A DNA stretch of 60,761 nt, taken from positions 1 to 60,761 of the forward strand of contig CABXFE010000003.1 of NCBI GenBank assembly GCA_902511425.1. The letters are read 5' to 3'. Position 1 is the stretch's first letter. Each line of letters opens with the position of its first letter. The notes under the pieces are model-generated. The model worked only from the letters and a program-made list of their open reading frames with translations, did no database searches and had not been told where the DNA came from. This document shows, in pieces, positions 38,850 through 50,808 of the stretch. Both the position numbers and the translations under genes were made by a program. Source of the DNA: an uncultured SAR86 cluster bacterium (GTDB lineage: Bacteria > Pseudomonadota > Gammaproteobacteria > Magnimaribacterales > D2472).

Positions 38850-40849
38850 AGGCTCGTTGGAATAAACCTAAGCGCTTCCTGGCTAAATAAGAATGTTTGG
38901 TCAGAATAATGGACAGAAGACTCATTTCTAGATGATCCATAATTATGCATGCCGTAAATTGTTTTACCGTTGTCGTCTTCAGCAATAATAAAGAACAAAC
39001 CATCACCTCCAGACATATTTAAACTCTTGGTTTTTGCATCAGGTGTTCCATAAACAGCTCTCAAGGTGTCAACCGAGCCTTGAATTGGAAAGGTTCTTGA
39101 GCCTCTAGAAATAGTATTAACTAAGCCCCATCGATCAGAATAGTTTCTTTGAATTTTCTGAAAAAGGCTATCGCATTCTTGTTTTGCTGATTTGTATGAG
39201 GGGGTAGGTTTACTATTCATTTCTGAAATCCACTCTTGTGCCATCAAGCACATTCCCAAGGCAGCTTCGGTATTATTAAGATCGGTTTTTCTATTCCAAT
39301 TTTGCAATATCAGCTCAAGATTTCTGTCATTTTTAGCAACTGATTCCAGATATTTATATTGCCTTGAATTTTTTGAGTATGAGTTATCAAATTTGATTTC
39401 AATAAATCGGTCCAAATCAATGCTTTCATTTGAAGAAAGAAGTTCATTCGCTACATAGGACCTATTTGTTAGTCTCTGTTCAAAATGAACGTTTTTTTTC
39501 ATCGATTTCATTGCTAGGGAATGATTTCCCATAACAGAATATGGATTTTGATTAGTGCTTTGAATCCACCCATTGGAGGGATTGATAAACTTAGGCAGAT
39601 CACGAACTAGTTTACTACCATCCCAAATATCATTAGAGCTTGAACTTCTTAGAACTTGCCTTGCTTTTAAAGCGTCGGCTCTGACAGGAATTCTACCATT
39701 ATAAAAATATCCAATATTCCTTTTAGAATCCATTGTTACAAAGTTAAAACTAGGAATTTTTCTTTTTGCGAGTTGTTTTTCAAATTCATACACGTCGGTT
39801 GAGTTACTAATTTCATACCACCCCTCTATCTCATTAAAAGAGTTCTGATTTATATGTCTCAGAGCAAAATACCTTCCCTTCATTTCCAAAACAGGACCAA
39901 ACTTTGAGTATCTAAATTCTTGCTTTGTACGTAATTTCAAAAAACCAAAAAGCTTAAATGCTAAATAATCCTCTTCAATCTCAAAAGATTCCCATCTATC
40001 ATCCAGCAGATATTGATTTGAATTCTCTGGATTAATTGTAAGTTCAAATATATCCATCACATCGGGGCGATTTACAGTAGCGCCCCAGCCAATATCTTTG
40101 TTAAAGCCAACATTTATTAAAAAAGATCCAGGAAAGTTACCGCCATGTCCATGCCATCCTGATTTACTTTCTATATTTAATTCATACCAACCAACTGGAC
40201 CAGATAAAGGTTGATGTGAATTAATCAGAAGGTACGCAGCATTTGAATCTGCTTTTATTGAGTTAATAGCTATTGCATTTGACCCAGTTGGAATTGATGT
40301 TTTATCCTCTGCAGCCATCTGAGATAAGTCTCTATCTAAGCCTGCAAAAAAAAGATGCTGAATATACGATCCAGCAAGAACATCTTCTTGAGTTATTGGA
40401 TGAAGGGAAGGACTCACCTTATCGGGATGTTTATTTGCATATGCGTTTACACCATCCGCATATGCTTGAGCCATGGCAAGAATATTTTGAGAAAGTTGTT
40501 TCTTCCCAATGTTTCTTACATTTGAATGAACTTTTAATAATCTAACAAGGTAGTCAGTCTCAATGCTACCAAGGCCATTGTAAATGGCATTTTGACCTCG
40601 ATATAATGGCATCAATTCTACAAGATCCTCATATGCATCTTCTGCATGAACCAGACCTATGCCGTATGCAACATCTTGATCTGTTTGACCTTTGATATAT
40701 GGAACCCCCCAAAAATCTCTATGAATAGAGACATCATATTGATTACCAATTTCAAAAGTTGAGCTCTTTTCAAGCATTGAGCAAGAACTCAGAACTAGGC
40801 TTAGGATAGCAAAGAGTAAACAAGCACTTGAAATTTTTTTTATCATCAC
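38846..40849 (-). CDS. Penicillin/AHL acylase family Ntn-hydrolase (S45), probable lipoprotein
   Basis: RDFWGVP.I, AED, GSNA nucleophile site, LLIN.HQP, TVNRPD; lipobox LSSC. Confidence 0.85.
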   Translation of the reverse strand: MMIKKISSACLLFAILSLVLSSCSMLEKSSTFEIGNQYDVSIHRDFWGVPYIKGQTDQDVAYGIGLVHAEDAYEDLVELMPLYRGQNAIYNGLGSIETDYLVRLLKVHSNVRNIGKKQLSQNILAMAQAYADGVNAYANKHPDKVSPSLHPITQEDVLAGSYIQHLFFAGLDRDLSQMAAEDKTSIPTGSNAIAINSIKADSNAAYLLINSHQPLSGPVGWYELNIESKSGWHGHGGNFPGSFLINVGFNKDIGWGATVNRPDVMDIFELTINPENSNQYLLDDRWESFEIEEDYLAFKLFGFLKLRTKQEFRYSKFGPVLEMKGRYFALRHINQNSFNEIEGWYEISNSTDVYEFEKQLAKRKIPSFNFVTMDSKRNIGYFYNGRIPVRADALKARQVLRSSSSNDIWDGSKLVRDLPKFINPSNGWIQSTNQNPYSVMGNHSLAMKSMKKNVHFEQRLTNRSYVANELLSSNESIDLDRFIEIKFDNSYSKNSRQYKYLESVAKNDRNLELILQNWNRKTDLNNTEAALGMCLMAQEWISEMNSKPTPSYKSAKQECDSLFQKIQRNYSDRWGLVNTISRGSRTFPIQGSVDTLRAVYGTPDAKTKSLNMSGGDGLFFIIAEDDNGKTIYGMHNYGSSRNESSVHYSDQTFLFSQEALRFIPTSL

Positions 40850-40890
40850 AAATATATTGTAATAGTTTCTGATAAAAATATTTCTTAATC

Positions 40891-41580
40891 ATGCAAAAAA
40901 ATATCTTGGTAGTAGGTGGTAATTCTTTAATTGGTCAGGAGGTAATTAAACTTGCCAATTCAGAGGGCGATAGCGTTTTTGCAACCTCTAGATCGACAAT
41001 TGATATACCTCTTAAGAATTTTATTCATTTAGATCCAAATGAAGATCTATCTGGGCTAGATACTTTGCCAGACTCTATTGATGCATTACTTTATTGCCCG
41101 GGCTCTATCTCACTTAAATCAATTCAAAGAATGGATATTTCCGATTTCAGAGATGATTTTAGAATCAATGTTGAGGGCGCTTTCAATATCATCAAAAAAG
41201 TTTTACCCAATCTTAAAAAAGGCGATGGAGCTTCGGTTGTATTCATTTCCTCTGTAGCTGCCAATAGTGGAATGACATTTCATTCTTCCATTGCAGCATC
41301 AAAAGCGGCACTCGAAGGCTTTGCTAGAAGTCTCGCCTCTGAACTTGCACCAAGAGTAGCTGTAAATTGTGTCGCTCCATCCTTAACCAATACTCCAATG
41401 GCTGATCACCTTCTTAATAATGAAAAAAAATTACAATCTTCTGAAGAAAGGCATCCACTGAATGCCATTGGAGATCCTGAAAAGATTGCCAAGGTTATAT
41501 ATAACCTTTTTTCTGCTAAAGAGGATTGGATTACCGGCCAAACAATTTGTATTGATGGGGGATTGTCGAGCCTTAGATAG
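40891..41580 (+). CDS. Short-chain dehydrogenase/reductase
   Basis: VGGNSLIG, SS, ASKAALEG, NCVAPSLT, TGQ.I..DGG. Confidence 0.88.
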   Translation: MQKNILVVGGNSLIGQEVIKLANSEGDSVFATSRSTIDIPLKNFIHLDPNEDLSGLDTLPDSIDALLYCPGSISLKSIQRMDISDFRDDFRINVEGAFNIIKKVLPNLKKGDGASVVFISSVAANSGMTFHSSIAASKAALEGFARSLASELAPRVAVNCVAPSLTNTPMADHLLNNEKKLQSSEERHPLNAIGDPEKIAKVIYNLFSAKEDWITGQTICIDGGLSSLR

Positions 41581-41601
41581 GCTCTAATTAGCTTTTTAGT
41601 C

Positions 41602-41607
41602 TATAAT
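41602..41607 (+). promoter_or_regulatory. -10 box (TATAAT) 7 nt before the aroC ATG
   Basis: cTATAATtctgcctATG; no Shine-Dalgarno. Confidence 0.55.
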
Positions 41608-41614
41608 TCTGCCT

Positions 41615-42700
41615 ATGTCAGGCAATACATTTGGAAAATTATTTCGAGTTACAACTTATGGAGAAAGCCATGGGAAGGCGCTCGGGTGCATTATTGATGG
41701 TTGTCCGCCCCAATTAGAAATTTCAACTGATGATATTCAATCTGAACTTAACCGTAGAAAACCTGGTCAGTCAGATGTAACTACACAAAGAAAAGAAGAT
41801 GATGTTGTAGAGATTTTGTCAGGAGTATTTGAGGGCAAGACCCTTGGAACCCCAATAAGTTTAATTATTTTTAATCAAGATCAAAGATCAAAAGATTATT
41901 CAAACATTAAAGATGTTTTCCGTCCTAATCATGCTGATATTACCTATCAAGCTAAATATGGTCATCGTGACTACAGAGGTGGAGGTCGATCAAGCGCAAG
42001 GGAAACTGCAATGAGAGTTGCAGCTGGTGCAATAGCTAAAAAATATCTTAACTCAAAAGGAATTCATGTCGATGGCTATGTTAGTCAAATAGGCTCTATC
42101 TCAGCAGATAACATAAATGTATCAAATGCTAAGTCAAACAAGTATTTTTTTGCAGACGAGTTCAAACTGGAAGATTTAGATATTATGTTTGCTGAGCTAA
42201 TTGAAGAGGGTAATTCAGTGGGAGCAAAACTTGGTGTGAGAGTAACAAATTGCCCGATAGGCCTTGGGGAGCCTGTTTTTGACAAGTTTGATGCAGATTT
42301 AGCGAAAGCTATTATGAGTATCAATGCTGTGAAATCTGTCAGCATTGGAAATACTCACAACATGCTTGATTTAAAAGGTTCTGAGGTCCGAGATGAAATG
42401 ACAAACGCTGGCTTTAAATCAAATAACGCTGGGGGTATCTTGGGCGGAATTACAAATGGCGACTTGATAGAGCTTGAATTTATTATTAAGCCAACATCTA
42501 GCATCAAATCAAAAGGTCAGACAATTAATGCGGACGGAGAAGAAGTCGAGGTTGAAGTAACTGGTAGGCATGATCCCTGCGTTGGAATTAGAGCTGTTCC
42601 CATAGCAGAAGCGATGGTCAATTTAGTTGTCATGGATCATTTATTAAGAAATGAAGCTCAGTGCGGAATGATTGATCAAGCTTCGCCATTCAAAAAATAG
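41615..42700 (+). CDS. aroC: Chorismate synthase
   Basis: [28 protein letters not shown]. Confidence 0.97.
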   Translation: MSGNTFGKLFRVTTYGESHGKALGCIIDGCPPQLEISTDDIQSELNRRKPGQSDVTTQRKEDDVVEILSGVFEGKTLGTPISLIIFNQDQRSKDYSNIKDVFRPNHADITYQAKYGHRDYRGGGRSSARETAMRVAAGAIAKKYLNSKGIHVDGYVSQIGSISADNINVSNAKSNKYFFADEFKLEDLDIMFAELIEEGNSVGAKLGVRVTNCPIGLGEPVFDKFDADLAKAIMSINAVKSVSIGNTHNMLDLKGSEVRDEMTNAGFKSNNAGGILGGITNGDLIELEFIIKPTSSIKSKGQTINADGEEVEVEVTGRHDPCVGIRAVPIAEAMVNLVVMDHLLRNEAQCGMIDQASPFKK

Positions 42701-42701
42701 T

Positions 42702-44105
42702 ATGCCTCTTACTTTATATGACAAGCTCTGGAATGAGCATCTAGTCCAGACTGACGATACTAATGAGTCACTCATTTATATTGATAGACATTACCTCCAT
42801 GAGGTGACTTCACCTCAAGCTTTTGAAGGTCTAAGACATAAAAACTTAAAACCATGGCGATTGGATGCAAACATTGCAACTCCTGACCATAATGTTCCTA
42901 CTGATAGAGGTAACGAATTTGATGCAGCGTCAATCAAAGATGAGGTAGCTAAAATTCAGGTAGTTGAACTGGATAAAAACTGCAACAGCTTTGGCATCCA
43001 TCAATTTGACATAACTTCAAACAAACAGGGTATTGTTCATGTAATGGGTCCAGAGTTAGGATATACATTGCCAGGTATGACAATTGTGTGCGGTGACTCT
43101 CACACTTCAACTCATGGAGCATTTGGATGTTTGGCCATGGGAATAGGAACTTCTGAGGTTGAGCACGTTCTAGCAACTCAGTGTTTGAAAATTACTAAAC
43201 TAAAAAACATGCAAGTTAATTTTAATGGCGTCCCTCAAAGAGGAGTTACTTCTAAAGACATTGTTTTACATTTAATTAAATTAATCGGAACTGCTGGAGG
43301 CACAGGCCATGCTATAGAGTTTTCAGGCTCATATATATCATCTTTATCAATGGAATCCAGAATGACAATTTGCAATATGGCCATTGAGGCCGGCGCAAAG
43401 GTTGGTCTTATTGAGGTCGATTCAACTACGCTTGATTATGTTAAACATCATTCCAATCTATCTGATTCAATGTTTAATCAAGCTAGTGAATATTGGATGA
43501 CATTAAAATCAGATCTAGATGCAAATTTTGATAAAACAATTAACATCGATGTTTCTGAGATAAAACCTCAGATTACTTGGGGCACTTCACCTGAAATGAC
43601 TATAGATTTTGATGCCAATATTCCTACTCAAGAGGATGTTGATGAGGCAAGTCATGAAAATTTATTACTTGCAAAAACTTATATGGGTCTCGATGATTCA
43701 AAAACTCTTCAAGATTTACGTTTCGATAGGGTTTTTATTGGCTCTTGCACTAATTCAAGAATTGAAGACCTTCGAGATGCTGCCTCCGTTATAAATGGTA
43801 AGCAAGTTTCAGAAGATATTACCGAAGCTATTGTCGTACCTGGCTCAGGCATGGTAAAAGCTCAAGCAGAAGCAGAGGGCTTAGACAAAATTTTTATTAA
43901 TGCAGGTTTTTTGTGGCGTGATCCAGGTTGCTCAATGTGTTTAGGTATGAACCCCGATCAGCTTCAACCCTATGAACGTTGTGCATCAACTTCGAATAGA
44001 AACTTTGAAGGTAGACAAGGTAATCTTGGCAGAACCCATCTAATGAGCCCACTAATGGCAGCATTAACAGCGATAAACGGCAAAATAATTGATCCACTAT
44101 CATGA
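42702..44105 (+). CDS. leuC: 3-isopropylmalate dehydratase large subunit
   Basis: [50 protein letters not shown] 42702 preferred. Confidence 0.97.
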   Translation: MPLTLYDKLWNEHLVQTDDTNESLIYIDRHYLHEVTSPQAFEGLRHKNLKPWRLDANIATPDHNVPTDRGNEFDAASIKDEVAKIQVVELDKNCNSFGIHQFDITSNKQGIVHVMGPELGYTLPGMTIVCGDSHTSTHGAFGCLAMGIGTSEVEHVLATQCLKITKLKNMQVNFNGVPQRGVTSKDIVLHLIKLIGTAGGTGHAIEFSGSYISSLSMESRMTICNMAIEAGAKVGLIEVDSTTLDYVKHHSNLSDSMFNQASEYWMTLKSDLDANFDKTINIDVSEIKPQITWGTSPEMTIDFDANIPTQEDVDEASHENLLLAKTYMGLDDSKTLQDLRFDRVFIGSCTNSRIEDLRDAASVINGKQVSEDITEAIVVPGSGMVKAQAEAEGLDKIFINAGFLWRDPGCSMCLGMNPDQLQPYERCASTSNRNFEGRQGNLGRTHLMSPLMAALTAINGKIIDPLS

Positions 44106-44743
44106 CTAATCCAATTATCACAGGCATCGTAGCAACTTTTGATAGAGATAATATTGATACTGATCAGATTATTCCAACTGAGTATCTAAAATCTATTAAA
44201 AAATTTGGCTTTGGAGACTTTCTATTTGATGGTTGGAGATATCTAGATGAAGGTAGATTGGATATGGTTTCAGATGAAAGATCTAAAAATCATGAATTCA
44301 TTTTAAATAAAGAACCTTATACCAACTCTGAGATTCTCTTAACTAGAGATAATTTTGGCTGTGGTTCAAGCAGAGAACATGCTGTATGGGCCCTAAGAGA
44401 TTTTGGTTTCAAGGCAGTTATAGCAAGCTCATTCGGAGATATTTTTTACAACAACTGTTTTAAGAACTCAGTTCTACCAATTATATTGTCCAAAGATAAA
44501 ATTAATCATCTTTTTGAAATTTGCAGCTCATCACCAACCAATTTTGAAATTGATTTGATGAAAAAAAATATTAAGTTTGATGGTGAATCTTCTTATTCAT
44601 TTGATGTAAAGGAAAGTTTGCTTGATCGCATTGTTAATAATTTAGATGACGTAGACATTACGCTGAAGCATAAAAATCATATTAAAGCTTTTGAGCAAAC
44701 AAGAAGAACCCAGAGACCCTGGCTTTTTGATTACAGTAATTGA
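44102..44743 (+). CDS. leuD: 3-isopropylmalate dehydratase small subunit
   Basis: [29 protein letters not shown]. Confidence 0.97.
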   Translation: MTNPIITGIVATFDRDNIDTDQIIPTEYLKSIKKFGFGDFLFDGWRYLDEGRLDMVSDERSKNHEFILNKEPYTNSEILLTRDNFGCGSSREHAVWALRDFGFKAVIASSFGDIFYNNCFKNSVLPIILSKDKINHLFEICSSSPTNFEIDLMKKNIKFDGESSYSFDVKESLLDRIVNNLDDVDITLKHKNHIKAFEQTRRTQRPWLFDYSN

Positions 44744-44751
44744 GTATAAGA

Positions 44752-45834
44752 ATGGCAAAAAAAATATTAATTCTTCCAGGAGATGGGATCGGTCAAGAGG
44801 TAACTTCTTCTATGAGTGAAGTTCTGCAGTACCTTATCGATGAACAAAATTTAGATTTTCAGCTTTCTGAAAGAAAAGTTGGTGGTTCATCTTTCGATGA
44901 ATTTGGAAAACCTTTGACTGAAGAAACATTGGATATGGCAAAAAATTCAGATGCTATTTTATTCGGTGCTGTTGGTGGACCCCAATGGGATAGTCTTGGT
45001 TGGGACGACCGACCAGAACAAGCTTTGCTTGGGTTACGCAAATCTCTTGGTTTGTTTGCTAATTTAAGACCTGCTTTTTTATTTAACGAGCTTGCATCTG
45101 CATCTCCACTGAAAAATCATATTATTGAAAATTTAGATATTCTTATAGTAAGGGAGTTAACTGGCGGAGTTTATTTTGGAGAGCCTAGAGGAATTGTTGA
45201 AAATGAAACTCCTAAATATGGCTTTAACACAATGATCTATAACGAAGATGAAATTCGAAGAATTGCTAAGGTTGCTTTTGAGGCTGCAATGAATAGGGGC
45301 AAAAAGTTATGCTCTGTTGAAAAAGCTAATGTTTTAGAAGTTTCAAAATTTTGGAGAGGTGTGGTCACCGAAATGAGTGCTGAGTATCCTGAGGTTGAGC
45401 TCTCACATCAGCTTGCTGATAATACTGCTATGCAGTTGGTGCTTAATCCAAATCAATATGATGTGATTGTTTCAGGAAATCTTTTTGGAGACATGCTTTC
45501 TGATATTGCAGCTACATTAAGCGGTTCAATTGGAATGCTTCCTTCCGCATCTTTAAATAGCTCCTCTCAAGGCATGTATGAACCATGTCATGGCAGTGCA
45601 CCAGATATTGCTGGTTTGGGCATTGCTAATCCAATTGCTATGATTGCCTCTCTTGCCATGGCTTTTGAATACTCACTTGAGAGAGTTGATCTTGCTAGAA
45701 GGATTGAATCAGCAATAAAAACTTTTATAAGCAAAGGCTATAGAACTAAAGATCTTTCCACTTCAAACGAATTCATGAAAACAGAAGAAGTTGCTCCATC
45801 TATAATTCGTATCCTAGAGGATCAACATGAATAA
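44752..45834 (+). CDS. leuB: 3-isopropylmalate dehydrogenase
   Basis: PGDGIG, RELTGG.YFG, NLFGD.LSD, EP.HGSAPDIAG; ATG 44752 preferred. Confidence 0.97.
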   Translation: MAKKILILPGDGIGQEVTSSMSEVLQYLIDEQNLDFQLSERKVGGSSFDEFGKPLTEETLDMAKNSDAILFGAVGGPQWDSLGWDDRPEQALLGLRKSLGLFANLRPAFLFNELASASPLKNHIIENLDILIVRELTGGVYFGEPRGIVENETPKYGFNTMIYNEDEIRRIAKVAFEAAMNRGKKLCSVEKANVLEVSKFWRGVVTEMSAEYPEVELSHQLADNTAMQLVLNPNQYDVIVSGNLFGDMLSDIAATLSGSIGMLPSASLNSSSQGMYEPCHGSAPDIAGLGIANPIAMIASLAMAFEYSLERVDLARRIESAIKTFISKGYRTKDLSTSNEFMKTEEVAPSIIRILEDQHE

Positions 45835-46849
45835 AGGAGTTTCTCTTGCTTTGGTCGGCGCATCTGGTGTTGTTGGAACAAAAATTATTCAATTGCTAGA
45901 AAAAAGAGAATTTCCTGTAGATAAATTTATTCCTCTTGGCAATTCAACCGTTGGCTCTTCGATTAAATTTAAAAATAAGGAATATCGCGTTTCATCACTT
46001 AAAGAATTTAGTGCAGAAAAAGGACAATTTATAATATTTTCTGCTGGATCAAGTATTGCAGAGAAATACGCAAGAAAGTTTGTTACTGAAGGATGTTTTG
46101 TTATTGATCTATCTTCTAATTTTAGATACCAGGATGACGTTCCTTTGGTTATTCCAGAAATTAATGGAGAGGTTCTCAATAACCTTTCAAAGCCCTCTCT
46201 TATAGCTAACCCGAATTGTTCGACTGCACAACTGCTCATGGCTTTAAAACCAATTCATGACAAAGCAGAAATTAAGTTCTTAAACATCGCTACATATCAA
46301 GCAGTATCAGGAACTGGAAAAGCTGCGTTAGAGGAGCTCCATAATCAAACGTATTCTAGTGATTCCGCAAGCCAATCAAGTGTTTACCCAAAACAAATAG
46401 CCTTCAATGTCATTCCGCAATGCGATATTTTTTTGGAGAATAATTTTACAAAAGAAGAAATGAAGTTAACTTGGGAGACTCATAAAATTCTTGATCCAAA
46501 TATTGCGATTCAGGCAACCTGCGTTAGAGTACCAGTGATTAATGGACATTCTGAGGCAGTATTCTTTAGGGTGTCAAAAGAAATATCTCGAGAAGGAATT
46601 ATTGAAATTTTAGAAAACTCACCTGGTGTAAAAGTACTTGATGATCCTCAGGCAGGTTTGTATCCAACGCCTGTTGAAAATGCATCTGATACTGAGGATG
46701 TTTATGTTGGAAGAATTCGTTCACAAAATCTTGATGGTGAGTCATGGATTTCGATGTGGATAGTTGCTGATAATGTTTATGGCAAAGGGGCTGCCTTGAA
46801 TGCAGTTCAGATTTGTGAAGAACTTGTTAGTACTAACATTTTGAGATGA
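45827..46849 (+). CDS. asd: Aspartate-semialdehyde dehydrogenase
   Basis: GASGVVG, ANPNCST, YQAVSGTG, CVRVPV..GHS, KGAALNAVQI. Confidence 0.95.
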   Translation: MNKGVSLALVGASGVVGTKIIQLLEKREFPVDKFIPLGNSTVGSSIKFKNKEYRVSSLKEFSAEKGQFIIFSAGSSIAEKYARKFVTEGCFVIDLSSNFRYQDDVPLVIPEINGEVLNNLSKPSLIANPNCSTAQLLMALKPIHDKAEIKFLNIATYQAVSGTGKAALEELHNQTYSSDSASQSSVYPKQIAFNVIPQCDIFLENNFTKEEMKLTWETHKILDPNIAIQATCVRVPVINGHSEAVFFRVSKEISREGIIEILENSPGVKVLDDPQAGLYPTPVENASDTEDVYVGRIRSQNLDGESWISMWIVADNVYGKGAALNAVQICEELVSTNILR

Positions 46850-48207
46850 AAAAACTTTTTCTTTTCTTTGCTCTTATCAGCCCAAGTCTTTTTGCAATAA
46901 CAATAGTAGGCAGTCCTAATGTAGAGATTAATTCAGAGGGATTATATTTAGTTCAGATAAAGATCAGCTCTACCAACAATCTTAAGGAGGATGATATTTT
47001 TATCACTGATTTCAAATCAGACAGCGAACTATCTGATTTTAATTTTGATTATAAAATTTTTGAGAACCTGCAAGAATACAAACGCCTCACCTTAGCTATA
47101 CCTGGAGATTACTCAGAAGACTATATTTCTTTTAGGTTAAATATTAGAAAAGAATTAAAAAAAGATATATTTATATTTCTCCCACAAAATGACATTACTC
47201 GAAAAGCAAAATCACAAATTTCTTTTAAGTTACCGGCAAAGAAGATTTATGGGGAGCCGCAACGATATGACATAGCAAAAATACTTTCCGAAGAGGTTGA
47301 TTATGAAGATTCTGAAACTGATGACTCTAATACATTCTCTCTTAAAAGGCCTGATAATAATAAAAATGTAAGCCTTGAAGAACCCAAGGTAATACCTAGC
47401 GCTGAAGTAGAGACTATATGGAGCGTCTCCAAATCAGTAAGTCAAAATTATGATGCTTCAATTTATCAAGTTATGTGGGGTTTTTATCTTGAGAATCCAA
47501 ATGCCTTTATTGATGAGGATATTAATAGGGTAAGGGGAGATGTTGATCTTGCTCTTCCATCGCAAGAATTGGTTGCATCTACTTCAGATTTTGCTGCAAA
47601 AGAATCAATTGCTTTCATAAACTCAAGAAATATCCAGGCACGAGGGTCTTCTATAAAACCAATTTTAAAATTAACTGCTCCCAAAGAAACTTTTAATAAT
47701 TCAGTAACCAATAAAGATCAAATTAATAGTCCGACCACTCAATCAAAACCCGCTCCGATGAAGAGGATAGATAACTCTAAATTAAATGCATCGGAAATAG
47801 TTTCAAAAAATACATCAATTATTGAATTTCAATCAGAGGCTGACCTTTCTTTAAAATCGACCAACCAAAAAAATTCTCAAGCTTTTGAACTTAAAGATCT
47901 ATTTTGGGTTGGTGTTCTATCTTTATTGTTAGGTTTTGTAATAGCTTATATGTTTATTAGATCAAGCAAGAAGCCTGTATTCACTAGAGCGGCGGTCGAA
48001 GAAGATTTGCAGGATGAGAATAATACCTTTCAAACAAATTTAAGTATATCTAATGATATCGAAACTCAAGAATTAGACTTAGTAAGAACATACATCGCAA
48101 TGGGTGATTGGGATAATGCGAGAAAAATTTTAGAAAAACTCATTGCCAATTCTACAAATGATTCAATTATTTCTGATGCTCAATTGCTCTTAAAAGAAAA
48201 TAAATAA
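46846..48207 (+). CDS. fimV: Compact FimV/HubP-like polar landmark protein
   Basis: Signal peptide, LysM-like ETIWSVS...NPNAF...IN.V, one TM, C-terminal LDL.R.YI.MGD...AR.IL; conserved asd-fimV-truA position. Confidence 0.75.
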   Translation: MKKLFLFFALISPSLFAITIVGSPNVEINSEGLYLVQIKISSTNNLKEDDIFITDFKSDSELSDFNFDYKIFENLQEYKRLTLAIPGDYSEDYISFRLNIRKELKKDIFIFLPQNDITRKAKSQISFKLPAKKIYGEPQRYDIAKILSEEVDYEDSETDDSNTFSLKRPDNNKNVSLEEPKVIPSAEVETIWSVSKSVSQNYDASIYQVMWGFYLENPNAFIDEDINRVRGDVDLALPSQELVASTSDFAAKESIAFINSRNIQARGSSIKPILKLTAPKETFNNSVTNKDQINSPTTQSKPAPMKRIDNSKLNASEIVSKNTSIIEFQSEADLSLKSTNQKNSQAFELKDLFWVGVLSLLLGFVIAYMFIRSSKKPVFTRAAVEEDLQDENNTFQTNLSISNDIETQELDLVRTYIAMGDWDNARKILEKLIANSTNDSIISDAQLLLKENK

Positions 48208-48210
48208 GTT

Positions 48211-49005
48211 GTGAGATTTGTTGGTATTTGTCAGTACGATGGCTCTAGTTATTCTGGATTTCAATCTCAAAAGAATGCTTCCTCCATCCAAGATCACCTT
48301 GAATTAGCCATTTCGTCAATTGGGCTCCTCGAAGAACGAATTAACTATGCAGGGAGGACTGATGCTGGGGTGCATGCAACTCAACAGATTTTTGATTTTT
48401 CATCCGAGAGCCATAGAGAAAAAAGCCAATGGCTCAAAGGCCTTAATTCTCTTTTACCAAATGATATTTCTGTATCTTCCATTCAAAAAGCTCCAGAAGA
48501 TTTTCATTCTAGGTTTGATGCTATCAATAGATCCTATGCTTATGTTATTTACACTGGCAAGACTCAACCAATTTTTCTAAGAGACTATGTTTATTGGGAG
48601 AAAAATGAAATTGATATAGAAATCATGAGAGCTGAGGCTTCTACTTTGGTTGGACAACATAATTTTAGTTCATTCAGAGGCTCAAAATGCACTGCAAAAA
48701 ATCCAGTTCGCACGCTTCACAGTATAGATATAAATCAAAAGGATGACTTTATAATTATTAGCCTGTGTGCAAATGCATACTTGTATAATATGGTTAGAAT
48801 AATTGTTGGCACATTGCTAGATATATCTAAAGGTTCTAAAAAAAATATGAAAACTATTTTAAATGCTAAGGACAGAAAAATTGCAGGCAAGACAGCTCAA
48901 GCCCAAGGCCTTTTTTTTACTGGCGCTCAATACAAAAAGATAAATTTATCATTACAGAAAGATGTTGCTAACCCTTTAAGTTTTTTAATCGGTTCTGGCA
49001 AATGA
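48211..49005 (+). CDS. truA: tRNA pseudouridine(38-40) synthase
   Basis: YDGS...GFQ, AGRTDAGVHA, FH.RF, MVRI.VG; GTG start. Confidence 0.95.
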   Translation: MRFVGICQYDGSSYSGFQSQKNASSIQDHLELAISSIGLLEERINYAGRTDAGVHATQQIFDFSSESHREKSQWLKGLNSLLPNDISVSSIQKAPEDFHSRFDAINRSYAYVIYTGKTQPIFLRDYVYWEKNEIDIEIMRAEASTLVGQHNFSSFRGSKCTAKNPVRTLHSIDINQKDDFIIISLCANAYLYNMVRIIVGTLLDISKGSKKNMKTILNAKDRKIAGKTAQAQGLFFTGAQYKKINLSLQKDVANPLSFLIGSGK

Positions 49006-49610
49006 AGTTAAAGATTTGTGGGATAAATGACATATATATATTGCAACATGCTTGCGAGGCAGGTTTGGATTTTGTTGGGTTTATCATGGTAAATGAAAGT
49101 CCTAGAAATATCTCAAATAATTTTTTAGCTTCTTTAGAAAGTTTTGACTTTCTGAGCACGACGCCAGTTTTTGTTTTTGTAAATCCATCGGTTGATGAGG
49201 TAAAAAAAATTACCTCCAATTTTGAAAATGCAATCTTGCAGTTTCACGGTGATGAAGAAGACAGTTTTTGCAGACAATTTGATCAATTATTCTGGAAAAC
49301 AATTAGAGTGAAAGATTCGCAATCTCTTGAGGCTATTAACGATTTCCCCTCTGCAGATGCAATATTGTTAGAAACATTTTCACAAGATGCTTACGGTGGA
49401 ACTGGTAAAGTTTTTGACTGGGGTTTGCTTGAAAAAATTTCAGTACAAAGAAAATTTGTTCTCGCTGGTGGAATTAATCCCAAGAATATCAAAGAAGCAG
49501 TATCAGTGGATCCTTGGTGTATTGATGTTAACTCTGGGGTAGAATCATCAGTCGCACTTAAAGATAAAGCTTTAATGGATGAAATAATAAAAAATATTAA
49601 TAATGGATAA
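49002..49610 (+). CDS. trpF: Phosphoribosylanthranilate isomerase
   Basis: KICG, SPR, QFHGDE, GGTG..FDW, LAGG, DV.SGVE. Confidence 0.93.
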   Translation: MKLKICGINDIYILQHACEAGLDFVGFIMVNESPRNISNNFLASLESFDFLSTTPVFVFVNPSVDEVKKITSNFENAILQFHGDEEDSFCRQFDQLFWKTIRVKDSQSLEAINDFPSADAILLETFSQDAYGGTGKVFDWGLLEKISVQRKFVLAGGINPKNIKEAVSVDPWCIDVNSGVESSVALKDKALMDEIIKNINNG

Positions 49611-50808
49611 TTTAACTAATTTACCAAACTCTGATGGTTTTTTTGGCGAGTATGGAGGCAAATTTGTCCCTGAAACTCTAATGCATGCTTTGAAGGAGCT
49701 GGATGAAACATATTCAAAATTAAAAGATAACCCAAAATTTATTGAAGAAATTGATCAAGACCTTGTTCAGTTTGTAGGAAGGCCGTCTCCATTATATTTT
49801 GCTAAAAGGTTAACTGATCATTATTCCGGTCCTCAAATATGGCTTAAAAGAGAGGATTTAAATCATACAGGCGCTCACAAAATAAATAATACTGTTGGAC
49901 AGATATTGCTTGCGAAGGCAATGGGTAAGAAAAGAATTATTGCTGAAACAGGTGCTGGCCAACACGGAGTAGCAACTGCAACAGTAGCTGCAAGATTGGG
50001 GCTTGAATGCCATATTTATATGGGAGCTGCAGACGTAGAAAGGCAGTCTTTAAACGTTTATAGGATCAAGTTGCTTGGAGCAAAAGTTCACGCTGTAGAC
50101 TCTGGAACTGCAACGCTTAAAGATGCATTGAATGAAGCTATGAGAGATTGGGTAACAAATATAGAAGATACCTATTATATTATTGGAAGTGTTACAGGAC
50201 CCCATCCATATCCAATGATTGTAAGAGATTTTAATGCCATTGTTGGAAGAGAATTAAGAAAGCAGTCCATGGAGCAATTTATGCAATTTCCTGATGCTAT
50301 TGTTGCTTGTGTTGGGGGTGGATCAAACGCAATGGGAATTTTTTACCCATTCCTGGAAGAAAAAAATGTTGCTTTGATAGGCGTTGAAGCTGCTGGTAGC
50401 GGTTTATCAACTGGTAAACATGCTGCTCCTTTAAACGATGGAGAGCCGGGTATATTGCATGGTGCAAAAAGCTATCTTATGCAAGATAAAAATGGACAAG
50501 TAATAGATACTCACTCTATTTCAGCTGGATTGGATTATCCAGGAGTTGGTCCAGAGCACTCAAATTTAAAAGATTCTGGAAGGGCGCAGTACATTGCTGT
50601 TGATGATAAAGAGGTTTTAAGTTCATTTCATTTGGTAACAAAACTCGAGGGAATTATGCCCGCTCTAGAAACTGCCCATGCATTTGCTGCATTGGAGCAT
50701 ATTGCAAAAAACTATAAATCTGATCAGCATCTTGTAATTAATGTTTCCGGAAGGGGAGACAAAGATATTAATACTGTCGCTACTATGGATGGAATATCCC
50801 TTGACTAG
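49603..50808 (+). CDS. trpB: Tryptophan synthase beta chain
   Basis: [46 protein letters not shown]. Confidence 0.98.
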   Translation: MDNLTNLPNSDGFFGEYGGKFVPETLMHALKELDETYSKLKDNPKFIEEIDQDLVQFVGRPSPLYFAKRLTDHYSGPQIWLKREDLNHTGAHKINNTVGQILLAKAMGKKRIIAETGAGQHGVATATVAARLGLECHIYMGAADVERQSLNVYRIKLLGAKVHAVDSGTATLKDALNEAMRDWVTNIEDTYYIIGSVTGPHPYPMIVRDFNAIVGRELRKQSMEQFMQFPDAIVACVGGGSNAMGIFYPFLEEKNVALIGVEAAGSGLSTGKHAAPLNDGEPGILHGAKSYLMQDKNGQVIDTHSISAGLDYPGVGPEHSNLKDSGRAQYIAVDDKEVLSSFHLVTKLEGIMPALETAHAFAALEHIAKNYKSDQHLVINVSGRGDKDINTVATMDGISLD

